Counted from the first letter of the stretch, positions 29,677-40,500 are shown. The stretch: 64,000 bases of DNA from an uncultured Clostridia bacterium (GCA_904384205.1 CAJFJY010000001.1:19690-83689); one strand, 5' to 3'. Notes: generated by a model from the sequence alone, not told the origin. Numbers and translations: made by a program.

Positions 29677-30915
29677 ATGAGTAAAATCAACGAAAATTTT
29701 TTAAACTTACAAGAAAGCTACTTATTCTCTACAGTAGCAAAAAAAGTAGCAAAATACACAGAAGAAAATCCAGACAAAAAAGTCATAAAATTAGGAATAG
29801 GAGATGTAACAAGACCAATAGTTCCAGCATGCATAGAAGCTATGCATAAAGCAGTAGATGAAATAGGGACAGAAGAAGGATTCAAAGGATATGGACCAGA
29901 ACAAGGATATGAATTCTTAAGAAATGCAATAGTAGAAAATGATTACAAAACAAGAGGAATTGAAATTAAACCAGATGAAATATTTGTATCAGATGGAGCA
30001 AAATGTGATTGTGGAAATATAGTAGATATATTTGCAAAAGAAAATAAAGTTGCAATAACAGACCCAGTATATCCAGTATATCTAGACACAAATGTAATGT
30101 CAGGAAGAAGTGGAAAATACAACAAAGAAACAGATACATACGAAAATATAGTATATTTACCAGTAACAGCAGAAAACAATTTCAAACCAGAATTGCCTAA
30201 AGAAAAAGTAGATTTGATTTATTTGTGTTTTCCAAACAATCCAACAGGAACAGTTTTAACAAAAGAAGACTTAAAAGTTTGGGTGGATTATGCAAAAGAA
30301 AATAATAGCATAATACTTTATGATTCAGCATATGAAAGGTTCATAACAGAAAAAGAAATACCACATAGTATCTATGAAGTAGAAGGAGCAAAAGACGTAG
30401 CAATTGAATTCAAAAGTTATTCAAAAACAGCAGGATTTACAGGAGTAAGATGTGCATATGTAGTAATTCCAAAAACAGTAAAAGGATATACAAACACAGG
30501 AGAAGCAGTAGAATTAAACAAATTATGGAATAGAAGAACATGTACAAAATTCAATGGAGTATCATATATAGTTCAAAGAGCAGCAGAAGCAACATATACA
30601 GAAGAAGGACAAAAACAAATACAAGAAAATATTAATTATTATATGAATAATGCAAAAATAATAAAACAAGGACTTGAAGAAGCAGGATTTACAGTATATG
30701 GAGGAGTAAACTCACCATATGTTTGGTTAAAAGTACCAGAAGGAATAACATCATGGGAATTCTTTGATAAACTACTAGAAGAAGTAAATGTAGTAGGAAC
30801 ACCAGGAAGCGGATTCGGACCACATGGAGAGGGTTATTTTAGATTAACAGCATTTGGAACAAAAGAAAATACAGAAAAAGCAATTGAAAGAATCAAAAAT
30901 TGGAAAAATGGTTAA
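29677..30915 (+). CDS. dapL: LL-diaminopimelate aminotransferase (DapL type)
   Basis: N-terminus [20 protein letters not shown] matches the DapL hallmark. PLP-dependent aminotransferase class I fold ([10 protein letters not shown]). Located adjacent to dapF. Confidence 0.8.
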   Translation: MSKINENFLNLQESYLFSTVAKKVAKYTEENPDKKVIKLGIGDVTRPIVPACIEAMHKAVDEIGTEEGFKGYGPEQGYEFLRNAIVENDYKTRGIEIKPDEIFVSDGAKCDCGNIVDIFAKENKVAITDPVYPVYLDTNVMSGRSGKYNKETDTYENIVYLPVTAENNFKPELPKEKVDLIYLCFPNNPTGTVLTKEDLKVWVDYAKENNSIILYDSAYERFITEKEIPHSIYEVEGAKDVAIEFKSYSKTAGFTGVRCAYVVIPKTVKGYTNTGEAVELNKLWNRRTCTKFNGVSYIVQRAAEATYTEEGQKQIQENINYYMNNAKIIKQGLEEAGFTVYGGVNSPYVWLKVPEGITSWEFFDKLLEEVNVVGTPGSGFGPHGEGYFRLTAFGTKENTEKAIERIKNWKNG

Positions 30916-30968
30916 TTGGGGACAGGTACCAATTAACCATTTTTGGTTAGACTGGGACAGGTTTGAAT
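30913..30968 (+). repeat. Repeat family C copy 1 (TAATTGGGGACAGGTACCAATTAACCATTTTTGGTTAGACTGGGACAGGTTTGAAT), starting on the dapL TAA stop
   Basis: Shared core GGGGACAGGTACCAATTrACCAwwwwTGGTT...GGGACAGGTTT with the copies at 35497 and 46751. Confidence 0.8.
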
Positions 30969-31114
30969 TTAATTAAAAAACAAAAAAAACAAAAAAATGT
31001 TCGAAAAAACATAAAAACTATTGACTTTTAAGAACTTAATTAATATAATCATAAAATGAAATATAAATTGAAAAAAGTAAAATAATTAAAAATAATAGAC
31101 ACTTAAAGAAGGGA

Positions 31115-31681
31115 ATGAAAATAAAAATGAAAGAAGAATTTTTAGAATTATTAAGAAAAGTAAATAGAGAAGGAATAGAAGATTTAATAAGCTTTTTAGA
31201 GAAGTCAGACTTCTTTAAAGCACCAGCAAGCACAAGATTTCATGGTGATTATGAACAAGGATTAGTAGAACACAGTCTAGATGTATATAAAATATTAAAA
31301 CACAAAGTAGAAAATTGTATAAAATCAATAGATATACCAGAAGAATCAATAATAATAATAGGATTATTACATGATATATGTAAAACAAACTTCTATAAAG
31401 TTGATTATAGAAATGCAAAGAATAGCCTAGGAGTATGGGAAAAAGTACCATATTATACAATAGAAGATACAATACCATATGGACATGGGGAAAAATCAGT
31501 AATGATGCTAACAGAATACATAAAATTAACACCAGAAGAAAAATATGCAATACGTTGGCATATGGGATATACAGAGCCAAAAGAAATATACAATACAATT
31601 GGAGCAGCATATACAAAATATCCAATAGCATTATTAACTCATGAAGCAGACTTAGAAGCAACATATCTAATAGGAAGATAA
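31115..31681 (+). CDS. HD-domain phosphohydrolase (small, 188 aa)
   Basis: HD motif IIGLLHDICK plus H...D residues downstream. Confidence 0.7.
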   Translation: MKIKMKEEFLELLRKVNREGIEDLISFLEKSDFFKAPASTRFHGDYEQGLVEHSLDVYKILKHKVENCIKSIDIPEESIIIIGLLHDICKTNFYKVDYRNAKNSLGVWEKVPYYTIEDTIPYGHGEKSVMMLTEYIKLTPEEKYAIRWHMGYTEPKEIYNTIGAAYTKYPIALLTHEADLEATYLIGR

Positions 31682-31744
31682 AACACATCAGTTTTGTTAC
31701 TTTATTAAAATACAAAATAATAAAACAAATTTGAGGAGGAAAAA

Positions 31745-32398
31745 ATGTTAGCATATATTAGAGGAACACTAGAGATGAAATTGTCAAGCTATGTAGTAAT
31801 AGATGTAGGGGGACTTGGATATAAAATATATATGTCGGACAAAGGAATCGACAACTTAGGTAATATTGGAGAAGAAACAAAAGTGTACACATATTATCGA
31901 GTAAGAGAAGATGATATAAGTATATTTGGATTTAATACATTAGAAGAATTAAAAATGTTTGAACTATTATTAGGAGTAAGTGGAGTAGGAGCAAAAACAG
32001 CAATAGCAATGATAGATGTTTGTGAACCTTCAGAATTCGCACTTGCAGTAATTTCAGAAGATGTAAAAACATTAACAACAATACCAGGAATAGGACCTAA
32101 ATCAGCAAAAAGAATAATATTAGAACTCAAAGACAAAATAAAGAAAGAGCAACAAATAGAAGAATTAGAAATGGCATCTAAAGTAATAAAATCAAACAAG
32201 GAAATCGAAACAGGCCTTAAAGTAAAACAAGCAATTGAAGATGATAATAAAATGTTAGAAGCAGTAGCAGCATTACAAGTTCTAGGATATAATAAGAAAA
32301 TAATAGAGCAAGCATTTGAAAAAATAGAAAATAAGAAAGAATTAACGACAGAAGAATTAATTAAAAAAGGATTAATCATGTTAGCAAAAGGAATATGA
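31745..32398 (+). CDS. ruvA: Holliday junction branch migration protein RuvA
   Basis: Domain I OB fold (IRGTLEMKLSSYVVIDVGGLGYKIY), HhH motifs (LLGVSGVGAKTAIAMI; IPGIGPKSAKRII) and a C-terminal domain III. Confidence 0.9.
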   Translation: MLAYIRGTLEMKLSSYVVIDVGGLGYKIYMSDKGIDNLGNIGEETKVYTYYRVREDDISIFGFNTLEELKMFELLLGVSGVGAKTAIAMIDVCEPSEFALAVISEDVKTLTTIPGIGPKSAKRIILELKDKIKKEQQIEELEMASKVIKSNKEIETGLKVKQAIEDDNKMLEAVAALQVLGYNKKIIEQAFEKIENKKELTTEELIKKGLIMLAKGI

Positions 32399-32412
32399 GA
32401 GGTGTGATTAAT

Positions 32413-33654
32413 ATGAATTCAAATGAACCGCTAGCATATAGAATGAGACCCAAAACATTAGAAGAGTATGTTGGACAAGAACATGTTTTAGGAAAAGATA
32501 AAATTCTATATAGAACAATAAAAGCAGATAGACTATCAAGTATAATATTATTTGGACCTCCAGGGTGTGGAAAAACATCACTAGCAAGAGTAATAAGCGA
32601 AACCACAAAATACAAATTTTATAAAATAAATGCAGTAACAGCAGGAGTTGCAGACATAAAAAGAGTCATAGAAGAAACAAAAAATTTTATGATAAACCCA
32701 ACAGGAAAAAGCATATTATTTATAGATGAGATTCATAGATTTAATAAATTACAACAAGATGCATTATTGCCGTATGTAGAAAATGGAACAATAATATTAA
32801 TAGGAGCAACAACCGAAAATCCATATTTTGAAGTAAATAAAGCTTTAATTTCTAGATCAATGGTAATAAAATTAGAACCATTAACAGAAGAAAATATATT
32901 TACAATATTAAAAAATTCATTAGAAAGAAAAGATGGATTAGGAGAATATAATATAAAAATAGAAGATGAGACACTAAAAAAGCTTGCAATAATAGCAAAT
33001 GGAGATGTAAGAACAGCATTAAATGGTTTAGAAGTAGCAGTACTAACAACAAATATGGATTCAGATGGATATATTCATATAACAGATGAAATTATAAAAA
33101 ATAGTGTGCAAGATAGAAAAGCAATATTTGATAAAAACGGAGACTCACATTATGATAATATAAGTGCTTTTATAAAATCAATGAGAGGTTCAGACCCAGA
33201 TGCAACAGTATTCTATTTAGCAAGAGCATTAAACGGAGGAGAAGATCCAATGTTTCTTGCAAGAAGAATAGTAATATGTGCATCAGAAGATGTAGGAATG
33301 GCAAATCCTAATGCACTGGTAGTAGCAAATTCTGCAATGCAAGCAGTACATATGGTAGGAATGCCAGAAGCGAGAATATTACTTTCAGAAGCTGCAATAT
33401 ATGTAGCAACATCTAAAAAATCAAATGCATCATACTTAGCTATTGATAAAGCATTACAAGATGTTAAAACAAAGGATACAGGAGAAATACCAATGCATAT
33501 AAGAAATGCACCTGTAGAACAAATGAAAGCATTAGGATATCATGAAGGCTATTTATACCCACATGATTTTCCAGGACATTATGTAGAACAACAATATTTG
33601 CCAGATAAAATGCTTGGAACAAAATATTATATAAAAGATGAAAATATTCCATAA
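32413..33654 (+). CDS. rarA: Replication-associated recombination protein A (RarA/MgsA AAA+ ATPase)
   Basis: LAYRMRPKTLEEYVGQEHVLG, Walker A GPPGCGKTS, DEIHRFNKLQQDALLP and C-terminal MgsA domain. Start at the ATG after SD GAGAGGTG. Confidence 0.9.
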   Translation: MNSNEPLAYRMRPKTLEEYVGQEHVLGKDKILYRTIKADRLSSIILFGPPGCGKTSLARVISETTKYKFYKINAVTAGVADIKRVIEETKNFMINPTGKSILFIDEIHRFNKLQQDALLPYVENGTIILIGATTENPYFEVNKALISRSMVIKLEPLTEENIFTILKNSLERKDGLGEYNIKIEDETLKKLAIIANGDVRTALNGLEVAVLTTNMDSDGYIHITDEIIKNSVQDRKAIFDKNGDSHYDNISAFIKSMRGSDPDATVFYLARALNGGEDPMFLARRIVICASEDVGMANPNALVVANSAMQAVHMVGMPEARILLSEAAIYVATSKKSNASYLAIDKALQDVKTKDTGEIPMHIRNAPVEQMKALGYHEGYLYPHDFPGHYVEQQYLPDKMLGTKYYIKDENIP

Positions 33655-33675
33655 AATTCAATTAGACTTTATATG

Positions 33676-33725
33676 ATAATTAGCTTGAACGAAAAACTTT
33701 GAAAAAGCATTAATATTAAAGTAAA
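33676..33725 (-). repeat. Partial copy of element H inner arm (AATTAGCTTGAACGAAAAACTTTGAAAAAGCATTAATATTAAAGTA)
   Basis: Matches the reverse complement of 27680..27727. Confidence 0.7.
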
Positions 33726-33798
33726 ATAAAGTTGAATACATATAATTTAAAAAATTGGAAAACCTACTAAAGAAAAGTAGGTTTTTTATATTAAAGGG

Positions 33799-34185
33799 GT
33801 GAAAAGATCTATCAAAGCTAGATTTGTCTATATGAAAAGAAATTTAAAATATTCATTAATTGGAATTTTAGCAGGAATAGTAACAGGGTTATTTTCAACT
33901 GGTGGAGGACTAATATTAGTTCCAGCATTTATGTATGTCTTAGAAAAAGAGTCAAAAAAAGCTAGAGGAACATCTGTATTCTGTATATTATTTATGGCAA
34001 TAGCAAGTAGTTTTTTCTACTATAAAGGACATTATATAGATTGGAATATAGCAATATTATGTGCAATAGGAGGAGCAATAGGAGGATACATAGGAGCAAA
34101 ATTATTAAAAAAGCTACCAGAAAAAACCATGAAAATATTTTTTACAATATTTTTGGCATATGTAGCAATTAGAATGTTAATCTAA
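33799..34185 (+). CDS. Half-size (4-TM) TSUP/TauE-SafE family membrane protein, first ORF
   Basis: GLFSTGGGLILVP and AIGGAIGGYIGAKLL...LP motifs of one TauE repeat unit. Start codon uncertain. Confidence 0.55.
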   Translation: MKRSIKARFVYMKRNLKYSLIGILAGIVTGLFSTGGGLILVPAFMYVLEKESKKARGTSVFCILFMAIASSFFYYKGHYIDWNIAILCAIGGAIGGYIGAKLLKKLPEKTMKIFFTIFLAYVAIRMLI

Positions 34186-34187
34186 AT

Positions 34188-34265
34188 ATAACCATTCAGT
34201 ATATTTCAAATAAAACCGCTCCCGAATGTGATATTAAAATTGATAAATTATTGAATGGTTATATT
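34188..34265. repeat. Palindromic element (11-bp stem ATAACCATTCA / TGAATGGTTAT around a loop containing GCTCCCGAATGT) between the two TauE half-genes
   Basis: Loop motif AAACCGCTCCCGAATGTGATATT is shared with element E at 49089. Confidence 0.7.
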
Positions 34266-34294
34266 TAAAAATTATTTTATTAAGGTGAAAATCA

Positions 34295-34681
34295 ATGTTA
34301 CAAATATTTATAGGTGTAATTTCAGGAATAGTAAGTGGAATGGGAATGGGAGGAGGAACAATATTAATATTTCTCCTAATATTTATATGTAACATTGAGC
34401 AACATATAGCACAAGCAACTAACTTAATATTTTTTGTACCAACATCAATAATAGCAATAATAGTAAATATAAAAAATAAAAATATAGATATAAAATTAGG
34501 AATATACACAGCAATATTTGGAATATTAGGAGCAATCATAGGAGCAAATATTGCAATATATACAGATGTAAATAAATTAAGAAAATTATTTGGAATATTT
34601 TTGATAATAATAGTATTACATGAAATATATTCCATATATAAAGGGTATAAAAAAGAAAAAATTGAAAAAAATAAAAAGTAA
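34295..34681 (+). CDS. Half-size (4-TM) TSUP/TauE-SafE family membrane protein, second ORF
   Basis: ISGIVSGMGMGGGTILIF and GILGAIIGANIAIY motifs of a TauE repeat unit. Confidence 0.55.
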   Translation: MLQIFIGVISGIVSGMGMGGGTILIFLLIFICNIEQHIAQATNLIFFVPTSIIAIIVNIKNKNIDIKLGIYTAIFGILGAIIGANIAIYTDVNKLRKLFGIFLIIIVLHEIYSIYKGYKKEKIEKNKK

Positions 34682-34700
34682 AAAAGAAAGGATGGGATAA

Positions 34701-34847
34701 TATGAAATTTACAAAAGGATTAATAATAGGTGGATTACTAACAACAGGTGTATTAATGATGTATAATGAAAAAGATATGTTAAAAAATGGAAAAAAGAAA
34801 ATGATGAAAAAAGGAAAACAATTTGCTAGAAAAATGGGAATAATCTA
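34701..34847 (+). CDS. Small 48-aa membrane peptide (MKFTKGLIIGGLLTTGVLMMYNEKDMLKNGKKKMMKKGKQFARKMGII)
   Basis: Strong SD AAAGGATGGG 7 nt before the ATG. One TM helix plus a basic tail. Followed by terminator 34853..34882. Too short for the ORF track. Confidence 0.4.
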
Positions 34848-34852
34848 GAAAA

Positions 34853-34882
34853 GAAGGTATAATAAAATATACCTTCTTTTTT
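34853..34882 (+). terminator. Rho-independent terminator (AAGGTATAATAAAATATACCTTC + T7)
   Basis: Direct reading. Confidence 0.7.
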
Positions 34883-34895
34883 TAAAATTTAAGTC

Positions 34896-35402
34896 CTATC
34901 TTTCGCATTTTTCACAATGCTTATCATCGCAATGTTTATCATCACAATGATCGTCTCTACAAGGTTTTTCTTCATGATGTTCATCTTTACAACAATGTTT
35001 TTCGCCTAAAAAGCAGTCACATTCTTCATGTTTTTCACCTTTCAAACATTTGCCTTCATGATGACATTTAGCACATATTTTTATTTTTTCTGTATCATTT
35101 ACCCAAATTTGAATAGCGTATTTCTTACCAGGACAAAGAGGTCCGAAAACAAATTCTCCTTCTTTATCTGTAAAAGTATGACCGATTGGTAATCTTTCCT
35201 CTTTACCACAATCACATACTATTTCTACTAATTTAACAACAGCATTGCGTACAGGTTCTTTAAAACAATTTTTAACAACTCCATATATTACATCTCTGTT
35301 ATCTTCTGGTAAAGTTATATCTAAATCAAATTGTTTACCTCCTGAAATAACACCATCAATATCTAAAATAGGACAAATAGGTTTATTACAATTCATATCC
35401 AT
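34896..35402 (-). CDS. Cys/His-rich small protein with N-terminal beta-sandwich (carboxypeptidase-regulatory/transthyretin-like) domain and a C-terminal (DDKHC/EKHxxC)-repeat metal-binding tail
   Basis: Start placed at MDMNCNKP after SD AAAGGAAG. The central region VVKNCFKEPVRNAVVKLVEI...GHTFTDKEGEFVFGPL...YAIQIW resembles a CarboxypepD_reg fold. The C-terminal 60 aa contain 12 Cys and 10 His. Confidence 0.6.
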   Translation of the reverse strand: MDMNCNKPICPILDIDGVISGGKQFDLDITLPEDNRDVIYGVVKNCFKEPVRNAVVKLVEIVCDCGKEERLPIGHTFTDKEGEFVFGPLCPGKKYAIQIWVNDTEKIKICAKCHHEGKCLKGEKHEECDCFLGEKHCCKDEHHEEKPCRDDHCDDKHCDDKHCEKCER

Positions 35403-35496
35403 AAAATTACTTCCTTTCTCGTAAACATACAATTAGTTTACTTAATATATAATATGTAAAATAAACAAAAAAGCTACTTACTAAATAGAAATAAAT

Positions 35497-35552
35497 TAAA
35501 ACCTGTCCCAAGTTAACCATTTTTGGTCAATTGGTACCTGACGAACCAAAAT
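35497..35552 (-). repeat. Repeat family C copy 2 (inverted orientation) upstream of the Cys/His-rich gene
   Basis: The reverse complement reads ...CAGGTACCAATTGACCAAAAATGGTTAACTTGGGACAGGTTTTAA. Confidence 0.75.
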
Positions 35553-35653
35553 GCCAAATATTTACAAAAAACTACCAATTATAAAAAAAGTATTTATAAA
35601 TATTGAAAAAGTGATAAAATAAATACAGAAAATAAAAAAAGGATGAAAGTAAT

Positions 35654-36094
35654 ATGGAAATAGAAATAAAAGTAGATAAAAACATAAATGAACCTAAAAT
35701 AATAATACAAACAGATAAAATCACAAAAGAAATAACAGATATATATGACAAATTGAATGGAGAGATCAACAAAAAAATAAAAGCTTATAAAAATGATAAA
35801 ATGTATTTATTAAATGAAAAAGATATAGAAAGCATATATGCAGAAGATGGCAAGGTCTATGCAAGGTATAACAACGAAAAATATTTATTAAAATCAAGAT
35901 TATACGAAATAGAAAATGTGATAGATAAAAAGATATTTATCAGAATTTCTCATTCAGAAATTATAAATATAGAAAAAGTCAAAAATATTGATTTCAAAAT
36001 TACTGGTACAATATTATTCAATTTTTATGATGGCAATACAGCATATGTATCAAGAAGATACATAAAGAAAATAAAAGAATTTTTAAATAGTTAG
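35654..36094 (+). CDS. LytTR-family DNA-binding protein
   Basis: C-terminal LytTR domain (IFIRISHSEIINIEKVKNID...ILFNFYDGNTAYVSRRYIKKIKEFL). Confidence 0.75.
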   Translation: MEIEIKVDKNINEPKIIIQTDKITKEITDIYDKLNGEINKKIKAYKNDKMYLLNEKDIESIYAEDGKVYARYNNEKYLLKSRLYEIENVIDKKIFIRISHSEIINIEKVKNIDFKITGTILFNFYDGNTAYVSRRYIKKIKEFLNS

Positions 36095-36105
36095 GAGTGA
36101 TAAAT

Positions 36106-36549
36106 ATGAAAGAACGAAACAATTTAATTTTTAAATCCTTAATAGGATTTCCAATAGGAACAATGATGCTTGGAATAATGTATATGATAATTTATCTAAT
36201 AAATGGAGAAGTGAATTTTACATTTGAGATTATGCAATTAGCAAATATACATATATTTATAAACCAATTTTTAATGTCTGGCATATTATTTTATATATTA
36301 ATATTAGTATTTAATATTGGAAAGAACGTAGATAATGACAAAAAAGAATATAAGAAAATAGTAGCATTAACAATATTAGTAATTCTTAGCTTAATTTTAA
36401 CAAGATTTATTGCAGGCACTAAAAATGTAAAATATGTTTTTACATTAATATATATTTTATCATATATAGCCATTGGCTTATACATGATGATAAATGACAT
36501 TATAACAAAAAATATGATAAATAAAAAATTAAAAGAAAGAAAAAAATAA
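36106..36549 (+). CDS. DUF3021-like integral membrane protein (usual partner of LytTR regulators)
   Basis: Four TM helices. Located directly downstream of the LytTR gene. Start placed at the ATG after SD AGGAGTG. Confidence 0.55.
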   Translation: MKERNNLIFKSLIGFPIGTMMLGIMYMIIYLINGEVNFTFEIMQLANIHIFINQFLMSGILFYILILVFNIGKNVDNDKKEYKKIVALTILVILSLILTRFIAGTKNVKYVFTLIYILSYIAIGLYMMINDIITKNMINKKLKERKK

Positions 36550-36604
36550 TAAAATAATTGACTCCAAATTTTTAATATAGTATAATAAATTTGGAGGGAA
36601 TAAA

Positions 36605-37429
36605 ATGGGACAAACAACAAATGAAATCAGAAGAAGAAGAGAAAAATACGCAGAACAAAGAGGAAAAAAAGTAATTGAATTAAATAAATATGAAAGAAGA
36701 AAAACAAGCAAAGAAGTAATTAGAAAAAATAGAAGAAAAAAAAGAATTAGAGCAATACTAGCAGCATTAGGAATAACAGTAGGAGGAGTTGCGTTATTAA
36801 CAGCAGGAAATGATAAAGCACAACAACCAAAAGAGCCTATTGCAACAGAAAATAATATATCAAAAACAAATTCAAGAGATGAATTTGTTAATAGTTTATC
36901 TGTTACTAATACGCCAGAAATAGCACAAACTCAAGAAAAAGAAGATATATACCAAACTATTGTAAATGAATATAATGAGCAATATCCAGATGAACCAATT
37001 AATGTAACAGATTTAGGTATTTTATCTAGTAATCCTACAGCACAAATATATGAAGTTGATGGACAATATATACAAGATTATGATTTAGACAGTGAGACTT
37101 ATCCAGATGCAAAATTAGTCGAAGATGATCACATAGATGAATATTTAATTATAAATAAAAATAGTAATGATGTAGTTCTAGCAATGGCTGATATTTCGGA
37201 TAATGGAATAAATAGTCAAGCAGAATATGTCAATGTAGAAAAATATATGTATAATACTGAAAATGGGCAAAAAATATATATGGGAAAACAAATTACACTA
37301 GGTGATTCACAAAATGAAAAAGAAGCTTTATTTAATAACCTAGAAGACAAGTATGAAGAAGTTGTGAAAGCACAAGAAGAAGCCAGAGTAAATAAAAAAT
37401 TAGAAGATTTAGGAATAGAAGATAGATAA
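36605..37429 (+). CDS. Hypothetical membrane-anchored protein (basic N-terminus, one TM helix, acidic extracytoplasmic domain)
   Basis: ORF with SD TGGAGGGAATAAAATG. No recognisable domain. Confidence 0.5.
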   Translation: MGQTTNEIRRRREKYAEQRGKKVIELNKYERRKTSKEVIRKNRRKKRIRAILAALGITVGGVALLTAGNDKAQQPKEPIATENNISKTNSRDEFVNSLSVTNTPEIAQTQEKEDIYQTIVNEYNEQYPDEPINVTDLGILSSNPTAQIYEVDGQYIQDYDLDSETYPDAKLVEDDHIDEYLIINKNSNDVVLAMADISDNGINSQAEYVNVEKYMYNTENGQKIYMGKQITLGDSQNEKEALFNNLEDKYEEVVKAQEEARVNKKLEDLGIEDR

Positions 37430-37515
37430 AAAAATTATAAACTTCAAAAATGTATAAACTTTCCACTTTTTGCAAACAATATGTGTAAAACATAATTGCA
37501 AGGAGTGGAAATTTT

Positions 37516-40500
37516 TTGAAAGAAAATAGAAGATTAAACATAAATGGAACAATGCTTGAAAAAAGCCAATTAGATAAATACCTAGAAAAAATAGCAGCAA
37601 GCCATAACATATGTACAAAATCAGACAAAACAACATATCCAATTCCAGGTTTGTTAGAAGATTTCGAATTCATAAAAGAAGTATATGACCTATTAAACCA
37701 GCACTTAAAACTAGAAATAACAATACATCCAGCAGGAGAATGGCTTTTAGACAATCTATATATAATAGAAGAAACAGTAAAGCAAATAAAAAACGAATTA
37801 ACACTAAAAAAATACACAAACTTTGTAGGGATAGCAAATGGAGAATATAAAGGATTTGCAAGGATATATGTATTAGCATCAGAAATAGTAGCATATACAG
37901 ACAACAAAATAGAAAAAGAGAACCTAGAAGAATATCTAAAAAGCTATCAATCAAAAAAAGAACTAAGCATGGACGAAATATGGAATATAGGGATATTTCT
38001 ACAAATAGCAATAATACAAAATATAAGAAAAGTATGTGAAAAAATAGCAGCAAGCCAAATAGAAAAGTATAAAGTTGAAAATATAGCAGAAAGGCTAATA
38101 GAAAATAAAAACAAAAATGACTTAATATACAAAAATAATATAAGTATAAAAAATAGAAAAATAATATTCCAAGATATGAAATATCCATTTATAGAATATA
38201 TGTCATACACATTAAAAAAATATGGGAAAAAAGGGATAGGATATTTAAATGTATTAGAAGAAACAGTAGAAAAATTAGGAACAACAGTATCAGAAGTAAT
38301 CCAAAAAGAACATTTTGATATAGCAGTACAAAAAGTACTTATTGGAAACAGTATTACAAGCATAAAAAATATACAAAGAATAAACTTTTTAGAAATATTT
38401 GAAAAGATAAATGGGGTAGAAGATATATTAAAGCAAGATCCAGCAGGGGTATATCCAATAATGGAATACAAAACAAAAGAATATTATAGAAATAAAATAA
38501 AAGAAATATCAAACAAAACCAAAATATCAGAAATATATATAGCAAGAAAAACATTAGAAATTTGTAGAGAAAAGCAAGAAAAACAAAAAGACAAAAAAGA
38601 AACACATATAGGATATTACTTAATAGATAAAGGAATAAATGCACTTTATGAAAAATTAGAATATAAAACCAAAAAACAGATGGAAGAAAAAACAAAAACA
38701 AAAATATATATATCATCAATATTAGTGTTATCGGTAATACTATCAGCAATATTAGCCACAATAATTAATTCAAAAATAAACAACATAGTAATTTTTATTC
38801 TTAGCTTCATCATATTTTTTATACCAACAACAGAGATCACAATACAAATAATCCAATATATTTTAAGCAAAATAGTAAAGCCAAAACTAATACCTAAAAT
38901 TGATTTCTCAAATGGAATAGATAAAGAAAATAGTACAATGGTAATAATTCCAACAATACTAGACTCCAAAGAAAAAGTAAAAGAACTAATGGGAAAATTA
39001 GAAGTATATTATATAGCAAATAAATCTCCAAATATATACTTTACTCTACTTGGAGACTGTACAGAAAGTATAAAAAAGGAAGAAGATTTTGACAAAGAGG
39101 TAATCGAAGAAGGATTAAAACAAACCGAAAAATTAAATAAAAAATATAGTAAAGAAAATGAAAACAAAAATCTAAAGCTATTTAACTTTATATACCGAAA
39201 AAGAGAATGGAATGATAAAGAAGGAAGTTATCTTGGTTGGGAAAGAAAAAGGGGAATGATAAACCAATTTAACAGCTATATTTTAGGAAAAATACCAAAT
39301 CCATTTTTAGAAAACACAATAGAAAGATATGGAAAAGAAAATATAAAATATATAATAACATTAGATGCAGACACAGATTTAATACTAAATTCAGCAGAAA
39401 AACTAGTAGGAGCAATGACACATATTTTAAATAAACCAGTTATAGATGAAGAAAAAAATATAGTAGTAGATGGATATGGAATAATGCAACCAAGAATAGG
39501 AATCAATTTAGATTTATGTTACAAAAATCTATTCACAAAAATATTTGCAGGAGATGGAGGAATAGACTGTTACACAAATGCAATATCTGACATATATCAA
39601 GACAATTTCAAAGAAGGAATTTTCACAGGTAAAGGAATATATGACTTAAAAGTATTTGAACAAGTCCTAGAAAAAGAAATACCAGAAAACACAGTATTAA
39701 GCCATGATTTACTAGAAGGGTGTTACTTAAGATGTGGACTAGTTTCAGATGTAATGTTAATGGATGGATATCCGACAAAGTATAATAGCTTTATGAATAG
39801 ACTATCTAGGTGGATTAGAGGAGACTGGCAAATAATAAAATGGCTAAAAAACAAAAAGCTAAACTTATTATCCAAGTATAAAATATTTGATAATTTGAGA
39901 AGAAGTTTAGTTGAAATTTCACTTGTAATATCACTAATATATTTATCAATAATTTCAGCGATATATAAAACAAAAGAAACAGGAATATTTGTAACAGTTA
40001 TACTAATTTCAATATTACCATTCATATTAGAATTTTTAGATATTCTAATATTCAAAAAAGAAGGAGAAGAAAAACAAAGAACATTTACACCAAAAATATC
40101 AGGAATAAAAGGGATAGTAATAAGAGCAATATTAACATTTGGAAACTTGCCATATAAAGCATATGTATCATTAAAATCAATATGCAAAACAATATATAGA
40201 GTATTATTTACACATAAACACTTGCTTGAATGGACAACATCAGAAGAAGCGGAAAAACAAGCAAAATCAGACTTGATTTCATATTATAAGCAGATGTTCA
40301 TAAATCTAATATTTGGGGCTATTACTTTGATTTTAGGAATATATAAAAGAAATATTTTTGTGTTTTTAATAGCAATAATTTGGTTAATAACACCAGTTAT
40401 AATGTGTGAAATAAGCAAAACTAAAGTCAAAAAACAAAAAGTAGACGAATTAAATAAAAAAGAAAAAGAATATGTAAAAGAAATTGCAAAAAGCACATGG

